Of a stretch of DNA of 64,000 nt, positions 50,846-61,467 are shown piece after piece (the first letter of the stretch is position 1; the number at the start of each line of letters is the position of its first letter). Source of the DNA: Haliotis rufescens (lineage: Eukaryota); the NCBI RefSeq assembly GCF_023055435.1, contig NW_025964223.1, positions 47,120,001 through 47,184,000 on the forward strand, in the 5' to 3' direction. The notes below the pieces were generated by a model, which saw only the letters and a program-made list of their open reading frames with translations, did no database searches and was not told the origin of the DNA. The position numbers and the translations under genes were made by a program.

Positions 50846-50866
50846 GAAGTCGCAGGCGCATTACCA

Positions 50867-51204
50867 GTGAGGTGAAATGGGATTTAACGTCGCGTCCAAG
50901 ATTATTGCACTTATACAGCGACATGCATGCACGTGTGTGTGTGCTGCTTTTTGTACTAGTCTGGACTGATGCCGATCATATAGTGCTCGCCCACTGAGAT
51001 ACCATGCCGCAGTTTAACATGAATACCCCAATCAGACATAATGTACTGACTCCGAGCCGACCACTCCTTGTTTTAGCCCCTTAAGCCAGAGAGAGCAACA
51101 ACAAGTACCATCTTTTAACGTCTTTTGGTATGACGCGGCCGTGGATCGACACAGGACATTCCGCTCTCCGGGCGGATGCTCTACCACTACACCACGGAGG
51201 CGGT
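50867..51204 (-). mobile_element. Full-length SINE family B
   Basis: Reverse complement of 37635-37984; degenerate TSD CAGG(C/T)GCATTAC(T)CAGT. Confidence 0.88.
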
Positions 51205-53390
51205 CAGGTGCATTACTCAGTCTGTATTTAAGACGTACATAAGTGTAATTCGGTCTCTCTGTCTGTCTGTAAATGCAAAGGTGATCGTTAATTTCCGTGC
51301 TAATATGTTTCTAGGTGTGTTCACAAACCTTGAGGTCACCTTGGATGGAAATGTATATGGCTGTGCGAGCCTGTAACAAAGATATTCTAAATGTTGTTTT
51401 ACGCAGTGTATCATAATAGTATTAATTACTGGTATTTTATCACACGAAAAAATGGAAGTTGGAATTTTAACTGGAAGTTGAAAATTAATGTAATTTGACT
51501 GTAATAGAAAAAAGAAAATACGTGTATGATCGTTTACACTCAAGTGAACAATGATGAACACAGGTCACAAATTGGCGGTTTACTCACTCAGTCATTGAGT
51601 AATGGAGATGTTCCCAGTAGAGGCGGACTTACATAGGTTTACCCTGCATACATGCCACCATCCTCATACACACATTGTGACAACATGGCTGTAAGACAAT
51701 ATGCATGATGATGTGATGATTCATGCGTAGTAAAGATAGTACTCCCGGTCGCACTGTGGTCAAAAACTGAGTCACCATTGCTGAAGAGACCAATTATCAT
51801 CGGAAGCTTGAATTACATCTACACACATGTAGAATTGTTCTTTGTGTTTTTTACTTTTAGGCTTTAAATCGTTTGGGTTTTGCTGGGTTTATTTAAAATA
51901 TAATTATGCATCAGCTGCCAGGAAATACAAAACATGTTTCAAATGTTCTGATATGTGGTATTCTCGTAACAAACAGTCTACACATATCGTATTTCTTTCT
52001 TAAAACTATCTAACATACAAGGAGAGAAAATACATGTTTATTTCTCTTTGTACTTACATAGTATAAAAGACAGCAACATCTGTACAAGCCATCTGAACAC
52101 AGATTTAGTTATGCAATCTTTGGTGAGACAATGCAAAACATATTTTGTCAGATACAATTGTGTATGTCGGTTTGAGTCAACGAATATATACAAATAACGT
52201 GCGTAATATTCATCCTGCATCTGCGTCCCATGTATGTGTAACCTCGTACCAAATCAATTGGTTCGGGTGTGATAATTCACATTGATTTATCACTTATAAT
52301 AAACTGAAAAGCTGACGTTCATTCCCTTGCTATGTATTACAAACCATCATTAAAGGACAGTTGTTGTATAGCCAGTAATGTATGAACGTTATAAAAACCG
52401 TTCATTTCAAGACGAAGCCATTCACTCTCACGAGTTTCCTTGGTAACATCCCATGTTCTCGTACCATCAATCTCCTTCACTCGGTGAATTACGACTAAAC
52501 GAAATAATCCTTCATATATTTATATTGACCTGTATACCGAGGTACGAATAGCATTGAAACATACTATGCTGTGAGCTGTTCTATGTGTACAGAACTATAC
52601 GACACACCTGCCAAAGGGGGTACTTGGGTAAGGTACTCTTCAACTCAGTACTGGCTTGCGAGGAGCGGCTAGAATCCACTGATCGTAGATTACAGCAGAA
52701 TATAACCCCACCGCCCCACCCCACAAAATACGCTTCTGTATGAGTCTTCACAATACACGTACTTATGGGTTTCACTACTAAAGATCTACGATTCACTTAT
52801 TCTCCGCCACAGTAACCGGACGCGCTGTGATATAACTAAAATACTGTTTAACCCACTTCATTCACGTACCTCGCTCAGTGAAACCCACGCTCGCATGACA
52901 GATATCTTTAACGTAGAATGTCCTTGCATACTCCAGTTAGTGTGCTTCATTAGGATTGGTTTCAAAGATAACGCGATTGTCTTCATCCTGAATAAAATGT
53001 CGATTTAAACAAATGTCAAAATTAGACGTGAATATTGTGTTTGGTGGCATGAAAATAATAATACGCACATTTAAGACCATTTGTAAACATATGACAACCA
53101 TCATCTTCACAGTTTTCAAGTATAATAATTTACCAGTACCATATATCCTTTGGTATTGCTATTTATCGATTGCGAAAATTGTATTCATAATGTTGATGTC
53201 TTAATGTACATCCCTCATTATCCGAATACGACTCTGAAACACAGAGATGATACCCTTACATGTAAGGCGTGACAAGTCGTGATGATAGTTGTAATGGTAA
53301 TAAACATCAAAAGATGTTACCATCGATGGCTGGATCGTCATCAACACAAGACGTAAGCTTCATCACCAATACTAGTAGACGTGTCAAGGT

Positions 53391-54150
53391 TTACACAAAG
53401 CTGTGGTAGAGGTCATTGGTAACCATGTCAACCTCCTCTTCTGCTTCACCCTGTGTAGTGATATCTAGGGTAGCCGAAGCAGACACTTCCTCACACTCAC
53501 CACTCTGCTCTGCAACTGTATTGTCATATCCAGAACTCTCATACATATCATTGTCAACCATTCCTTCAACTGTATCGCCCCTGATTGCCTCTTCTCTTTG
53601 ATACAGGTCTTCGGGCATGCTATCTTCATCCTGATTACCGCCATCTGTACTTACATCAAGGTTCTCAGCAGTAGGAGGTCCTCCATTGTATACATCGTTT
53701 TCGGTCATATGACATGTGGAACCTGTACTGTTTCCTGCATCAGAGAGACACCTGTCCATCGATTCAAGGTGATCATTGATCGTTTCGATATCTTTGTCTT
53801 CATTTGAGCCTATCGAATTATCTGTTGATGTAATACTGCCTGGCTGTTTGGTCGTAAATGTGTTGTTGTCTTTCATGTTTAATCTATAGCTGTGTGGCAA
53901 TACTGTAGAGTAGCTGTCTTGTACTCGGAGCGGGCTGGTTCCTTCTTCTGTTTTTGATTCTGTATGCAATGCCACATCCCCATTTCCAGCTACGAATTCT
54001 GGATCTATGATGAAATAATGTTGACTGTCGTCATTCTTTCGTAAACCATTGTGATGTTTTCCATTGTCGACAGAGTTGAGCTCAAGATGTCTTCCAAAGC
54101 TACAGTTGCGGGGAGAAGTTACAGAACGGCGGGTTTTACTATTTTTACAC
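53391..54150 (-). CDS. Gene C terminal exon: acidic cytoplasmic tail paralogous to gene B (upstream exons not found in window)
   Basis: Phase-2 acceptor GTATTGTAG|G gives R-CKNSKTRR; open for ~250 codons. Shares MDRCL/MDTCL, CHMTENDVY/CDMTENDIY and MVDNDMY, MVTNDLY/MVENDIY with gene B. Confidence 0.82.
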
Positions 54151-54167
54151 CTACAATACACAAGAAG

Positions 54168-55001
54168 TAAGACGAGTTCTATGGATGAACAACTTCTTTA
54201 TTACAATTGGTGCGACGTTTCGGTGTAGATCCTAACACCTTTATCAAGCAAGTGATGGATAGGGCTAAACAACATAGGTATATATACACTTATTGACATC
54301 TAAGTTGTTACAGTGACTAGTGATGGGCACAGAGAGGTGATTAAGCTAATTGGAAGCCAGTGGATGACTGATGAACACAGAGTATACTAGCAGAGTAAAC
54401 AAGCTAACTGATGGAGATGATGGAAGCCACTGTATTAATTGGATGGACAAAGGGATTGAGCAATTAGGTGATGGTAAGCAGGCGGGATGTAATAGCCTTG
54501 GTCTCTGTTCATTGCTGGCTGGATCCTTTTGATGTGGATGGCTTCTAGGAGTTTCCTGATTTTGTAGTCTGATTGGTTGTTGGCCAGGATCTTGATGTTG
54601 TTCCACTGGATGTTGTGATCGGGGTGGGTTTGGGTGTGGTCGGAGATGGCTGATTTTGAGTCATTTTTTTGTACTGAGGTCTTGTGTTCTTTTATTCTAA
54701 TGGGTAGGAGCCTGGATGTTTCTCCTACATAGGAGTCGTCGCAGTCACATTGTATGTGATATACGGCTCCAGCTGGGTCTTCTTTCTTAGATGTAGGGGG
54801 CTTGCCATTGGCGCTGAGGGTGTTCTGGATTGTCCTGCCTCTCTGGAATACTGAATCAATGTTGGCGTGGTCTTTGAGCAGTCTGCGGATCTGGTGGCTG
54901 GCTGTTCCTATGTAGGGAAGACTGATGACGAACGGGGCTATCTGTTTTCGTGGAGGCCGCTCTCTTTATCACTCGAACTTCTAAATGCCACTCAAAGAAG
55001 T
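54168..55001 (-). mobile_element. 5'-truncated Penelope-like element (GIY-YIG endonuclease end, ORF ~54960-54435) with 13-bp TSD
   Basis: Manual translation SLPYIG...GAVYHIQCDCDDSYVGETSRLLPIRIKEH...SAISDH...RKLLEAIHI...MNRDQG; AATACACAAGAAG at 54155-54167 and 55002-55014. Confidence 0.92.
54211..54250 (-). ncRNA. Minimal hammerhead ribozyme, U3-A8 covariant
   Basis: Minus strand TGC-TTGATAA-A-GGTGT(TAGGATCT)ACACC-GAAAC-GTC-GCA. Confidence 0.75.
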
Positions 55002-56443
55002 AATACACAAGAAGGGGAAATGAATTGTTTGTATTAACAATTTAAACAAATGTTCATGATCATGTCTATATAGATTGATAGAGTACATGAGAATGCATAC
55101 ACACGAGTTAAGTTGACATCACAAATAATCAGTTAGATCTCCTGAGCAATGCAGCTTACTAAACGAGTCTTAGTAAGATACCGCTTATGTTATGTGCATT
55201 TGAAAATGTAAGATACGTTTGGGCAATTTCGTATCACGAAACATCCTTTTCTCGATTGACATGAGGACGACATTACTAACGACTGTCCACTTCGCCCTAG
55301 AAGGGTTTATTCTCCTTTGCAAGACAAAGTTAAACTTCGTAAATAGACGCGGAAATGAATGTTGCGAAGATGCTTCGACACAACGTTTTGTGTATTAGTA
55401 ATGCCCTGAACATTTGTAATGCCACGATACTTGCGCTGTTACAATGCAAGAGTTAGGTATACGCTCTATATCAAACGTATTTGTTCGAGAGTCTTGAGTC
55501 AAGTAAAATACTAGTATATCAATAATACACCGACTGTTAAGATGTATGCATAGTGTTTATGCGTCTGGAACTGGTATTTCGTGCAAATAGTAGCTTAGAT
55601 ATACGGCTTTTCCATTGGACGAGAGAGCGGTCACATGACCGCGAAATTGACGTTCATAAGTGTATGAACGATACAATTTGACGTTCATACGTTTTTCACG
55701 AGACCGTGTTCTTGAAATGACGTAAACAATGACGGACTACTTCCACATTCCTGGGGAAACCCCTGGGAATTCCCTAGCACGAAAACACACATAAGCGTTC
55801 TTTCTGATCATTTAGAACCTTTATTCTTGGTCTCAGCGTTTCAGTATACATTGAGAAATGTCAGAGAGCGTGACTGCATGATTGTTCACGAATATCCTCG
55901 CTGCGGCCTATCCTAATGAACAAACGATGAAATGCACATCTAAACTATCGAAGTGTCGACTCGATCCGTGCCTAGGCTATGAATTTACCTTAGTGTCTGT
56001 TTGACGCATCTTTATTCACCTTTCAATGATCGGCCAGTTGATCAATGATGACTAACACATGTAACCGCCACACGTTGATTAAGAACTTCGGAAATCTCTC
56101 CCGTCACGTTTATCGTGTCGGCCATTTTGACGTCTTGTACTTGATGTAAATGTATTACGACGCGCTGTCATTGTGACTGACTGACTGAGGTAGTTCTTTA
56201 CAGACCTTTCTCATCTAATGAGGATATGATTTGAACACACGTGCTGCTTAAGATGTTTCTGAAGAGCAAGTTGTACATCCATACGCCCATGTCACCTCTC
56301 TTTTTGAGGAACTATTTTGCTCCGCGATATAGCTGGTTGTTGTATGGCTGTCAGTGTAAACATAAAGTCACACGTACTAAATAAAATTGTGTTTAGATCT
56401 TGGCCTACATCCTTTGAGGTAAGAAATTGTGATAAAAAATTTA

Positions 56444-56613
56444 TAAGAATTGACTTTCACTTTGTGTGAGTTCATTGGAGTATGAACCTTCATAGAGTGA
56501 GGGCCAAACATTGTATGAACGTCGTCGCAAGCTCCGACGTTCATACAGTTTGGCCTTCACTCTATGAAGGTTCATACTCCAATGAACTCACACAAAGTGA
56601 AGGTCAATTCTTA
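56444..56613. repeat. Near-perfect 170-bp palindrome (about 80-bp arms, ~10-nt loop)
   Basis: TAAGAATTGACTTTCACTTTGTGTGAGTTCATTGGAGTATGAACCTTCATAGAGTGA... is mirrored with few mismatches; the GACGTTCATA motif also recurs at 55649-55690. Confidence 0.95.
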
Positions 56614-57995
56614 ATTGAATTTTTCTTGATATCAATTATTGTTATTTGAGAAAAGGGAAACTATTTCTAAGCTAATTGGTAATCCAATTTAAAAACAAAT
56701 ACGCTGCACTGTATGCCTGTTTTACATATACATATAAGCAACCTAAAGGTGTAAGTTATGTTGTAGGTATATGTAAACTATTACGTGTGTAACCTTTATG
56801 TTTCGGAAATGAATCAACAGATAATGTACTCGTGTGAGGAGTGACGTGTCATAACAAGAGACATGGATCAGTGTTCTTTATTTATCTTATGTTTCGTTCA
56901 TTTTTTGTCATCAGCAAAAATATAGTTTCTGATAAGAATTTGCGGATATTAATATGGGTTTTTGGTTCTTGTATCTTGGTTGTTGAATGGTTAAACTTGT
57001 TATGTTACCACACCACTTAATTTCTTTTTGGAGTCTCTCAACATGACATAAAAGCTGATTCTCTTTGATGGAACTGAAAAGAAACAATGGTTATGTGTCA
57101 ACACTTATCAAACCCAATTCATTTCCAGTTTTTTCTCGTTAATGAAATGTGTACATCTATTCTAATTATGTACATATAACACTTCATTCTTATAACCATC
57201 AAACTTATGCATAATAAATGAAACGGTGTCACAACACGATAGCTGGTTTATTCATTGGTCATTCTGCTGTTAAGTCTACAACAGGGTCAGTAATTGCTCA
57301 ACATTTTACAGTTATTATGTATACAGTAGTTTGAATCTTTCACACTGCATCGTTACAACTCAGTAGATTAGTAGCAAATAATAATATATTTCAACCAATT
57401 TATTTCATTAAGTATATATTATATCTTTCTGAAACATCCTTCTTAGATCAGATTTTCAAAAGGTTCAAAAGATACACAATTCATCAGAACGGAATACACA
57501 TGTTTAAACAAATCAATGTCCTTAATATTTTACGTCACCTCGGCAATATTTCAGCCATATCGTGACGACCATATTTAATAAAAACCAGAGGAAAGTACAA
57601 CAACGAATCTAGCACATTCGGATCATGTGTGAGGTAACCAAAACCCCAAAACCCTTTTCCATAATGATGACAAAATATCTGCTAAAGTCAATCTGTCGTA
57701 CGATTCCGACTTTATAGTGAGGATACAAGGTTTTCCCGAAATGACGGGATCCGAACAACAAAAGGTTGCTCCAAACGCCGAGGGTTTACATTGTTTTAAC
57801 CAATCCCGAGGCACAGTGTTTTATCTGAAGTGCCTTAGCAGCCGAAAGAAAAATCTGAAACGATATTTTAAACAATTTAATTGTCCAGAATAGAAGAAGA
57901 AGAAGTCTTTATTTGTACCAAGGCCACTGGCCCATATACAATACATACATTTGAAATAGTGTGGTACATGAAAAAAGGTAATGTCAGGTACAAAT

Positions 57996-60900
57996 TTACA
58001 GGTTTACAGGCTTTTCATAATTACGTCTTCTTTCATAGCTGTAATACAGGTATTTACATAGTTTTCCAAGTAATTGTTTACACGAAGATGACAGTAGCGT
58101 TTTAAATTTATGCATATTTGGATTATTGCAAAATGTTGTTGGTAAATACAGATGTCTAATATCGTTGTAATATTCACATTCTAAAGTAAAATGATATTCA
58201 TTCTCTATACTTGTTTCACATATGGGGGCAGAGTCGTAAACGTAAGTCAATATCAGCCCATCTACCTTCGTTTACCTTAAGTCTTAGTAGCCCGGCTCTA
58301 AGCCTTATCAAAACATTTCGATATTTTATTTCAGTAATAATGGAAAGGTATTTTTCTGGTTCCAGGAGACTTTTAAATTCTTTATACAGAATGTACCTAG
58401 AACTAGCCTTGATAGTACTATTCCATGATTGGTAGAACATATTTATCAAAACGTTTTTAAAACTATTCATGAATGATGGTTTGTCGCCAACAGCTTGACT
58501 GAGCCAAACTACTCCGAATCCGTGAGAAAATAATATGGAACGAATAGAAGAAGCATAGTTATGTCGACCACACTTGTCGTTATATACAAGCATATTATAA
58601 GATTTTCTTGGTATCCTATCTTCGTCCATTTCAATCAGTTTTAGCCAATACTTTACAGAACGACACATAGCATTTACATGTAGTGGGTACCGACCGCATT
58701 CCCCATACACAATAGCATTTGGGGTTTGCAAACCAACGTTAAGAAACTTCTTACAAGCCATAATATGCACTTGTTCTATTTTTTCAAATCTGTCTACACC
58801 CCATATTTCCGCACCATATAAAAGAATAGGTTGAATCTGAGTATCAAATATTTTAAAGAAAACTGAAGTGTCAACAAAACCAATCTTCCGTAGATTGCGA
58901 AATATTTGCATTAAAGCTCGTTTACCCCTTGACGCTAGATCTGAAACACATTGGTTCATCTTTGATGTATATGAGAATACAAACCCAAGATATCTATAGG
59001 AGTTGGCGGTTGAAATACGTTTGCCTTTATAGAACCATTTCTCATAAACAGATAACCGCCCTCCTCGTCTAAATACAACAACACTCGTTTTATCTAAATT
59101 AACCGTTAATCCATGTGAATCTGCAAAGTTATCAAGAATATTAAGTTGGTTCTGTAAACCAGTTACTGTGTCAGAGACAAGAATAACATCGTCGGCAAAC
59201 AATAATAATAATATTTCAAACAAGTCAGGAAATAATTGTACGCCGTGTTTCCCATGTGATGAAACATCATTTGACAGTTCATTGATGAAAAAGGAAAATA
59301 ATAGAGGGCTTAATATACAGCCTTGTTTAACTCCGTTAGGACAATCAAAATATTCTGTATAAATGTTATCATTACATCTCACACACGCTTTCACGGAGGC
59401 ATAGATCCCCTTAAGTGCTCTCATCATCTTTCCACCCAAGCCTACATCGTGCAGACACTCCCATAGTTTAAGATGATTTACTGAATCAAAGGCTTTTTTA
59501 AAATCCACAAAAGCAACGTATAATTTCCCTTTTCTTTTCGATAAACATTTGTTAACAATTGCATTCAACGTGAATATGTGGTCAGCAGGAGAATATCCCT
59601 GTCTAAAGCCTGCTTGTGTCTCGGGTAATTTATTTCTTATATTAGCCCAGTTGGTAAGTCTAGAGTTTAAGACACTTGTGTAAACCTTACTAATTGTACA
59701 CAATAGAGATATCCCTCTAAAGTTATCTGGATTATTTTTGTTACCTTTCTTATGTAGTGGAAGGATAATAGCTTTCGTCCAGTTCTGAGGGAATAATCCA
59801 GAATCAAATAACTTATTGAACAAATTTCGTAGGAAAGGAGTTATTACATTTTCACAACATTTTAACATTTCAATGACCACGTCATCAACACCAGGGGATT
59901 TGCCATTCTTTAAACGATTTATAGTCTTGTGGATTTCTGAGTCGGTAATCGGCGACTCCATAATACACTGGTCAATCTCATCAAGTATAAAATCTTCATC
60001 ACATTGACATTCGACTTCAGCATGTAATACATCTGTACACTGAAAAACGTTTGTAAAATGATCAAACCAGCACTCTTTACTTATGTTATTCTTTGTTTCC
60101 CTACGACCTGATATACTCCGTAACTCCTTCCAAAATGTGGTTGAATCAGATAGAGATAGCTTTAGTTTTGTTCGTGTCATAAATTGATAGTTTGATTTTG
60201 CTGTTCTGCAAACATGTTTATACTTGTTTCTCATTTTACAAAAGATTAACTTATTTTCGTTAGATTTCTTCTCTTTGAATTTCCTCATGTATCGCCTCGC
60301 TTCCCGTTTTGCTCGTCTGCATTCACTATTACAAAACCCCGTATTTCGGGGTGAACTTTTAACACAAGTTACCTTCATACAGTCAGCGGCACAAAGAACA
60401 ACATTAACAAATTTTTCGAGGGCAAGATTGAAATCAAAAGTTAAAAGATCGATGAGCTCATTGAAGGATGGACATAGATTTGTTATTCTTCCTATAAACA
60501 CATCACGCTTACGAGGGTTCCATTTATATTTGTGTGTTTTGGTGGAAAGATAATCATCACTTGTAGATGCTTTAGGGAGAAATATGTCCAAATGTAGACA
60601 TACAGGCATATGTTTTGACTCAACTCTTGTATCCACAAACATGGATTGACAACAATTGTGAACATTAACTGAACCTATAAAATAATCGATTACGCTACAT
60701 CCTTGATCTGCTATGTAAGTGAAACTACCCTCTTTGTCTCCAGTTGTCCTGCCGTTGAAGATATATAAATCATGAGTGAAACACAGTTCCAGTAGTTTAC
60801 GACCAAAAGCGTTTACAAAACTATCACATGACTGTCTCTTTTCTACTGGAACGGGTGGTTCATCGGGGAATGCTGCATTGTTGAGGCCACGTTGAGTTAG

Positions 60901-61467
60901 TGTCTCAGGTGGGTTGTTTCCCCCGCCTAGACGGGCATTCAGGTCCCCACAGATGATGACCTCACAGTCTAAGTCACTATGCTCAATCAACCACTGGTCA
61001 ACCAATTCAATGGCGGTTGCCTTTTCAGCTGCAACGTAGAATGTTGAGCCGATGGGTGGAACATACATTCCAAATAATAACAGGTTTTTGCCAAGAGTTG
61101 AGAAATTATCAAATTTAATGCATACGACATTGTGTATATCTAATTCAATCTGTTGGCAGTGCAGGTCTATACGAGTCTTAACCAACAACGTTACACCGCC
61201 TGACAGTCTACCAGCCTTAGCTAGCCTATGAGCCTTTGCAATATATGTGGCATAAGCTGACAGCTGAGGTATGGATAATGCATAGTCAATAAATGTTTCA
61301 ACTAGACATATAATTTCGAAGCCTTTTATGTAATCTAAAAAGTCTAGATCGTCTATTTTGGAAAGAAAACCTTCAATATTCCATGTAACTATTTTGAGGT
61401 TTGATATGGAAATGGAATGTTCTGCACCTGATAATTCAGAAGTGATGGTAGGGGCCGGGCCGTATCC
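57996..61467 (-). CDS. LINE ORF2: AP endonuclease, reverse transcriptase, C-terminal CCHC knuckle; open from 61467; one-base frameshift at 58224-58228
   Basis: TWNIEG, CLVET, SGGV, GDLNAR, IDYF, SKHMPV (APE); FVDFKKAFDSV, GVKQGCILSPLLF, LFADD, YRYLG (RT); RLCP/ICETSIENEYHFTLEC across the shift. Confidence 0.93.

Noticed and set aside
61186-61188. TTG start of the 990-aa ORF
   Set aside because: Artefact of bacterial-style start calling; the frame is open 93 codons further upstream and includes essential endonuclease motifs.
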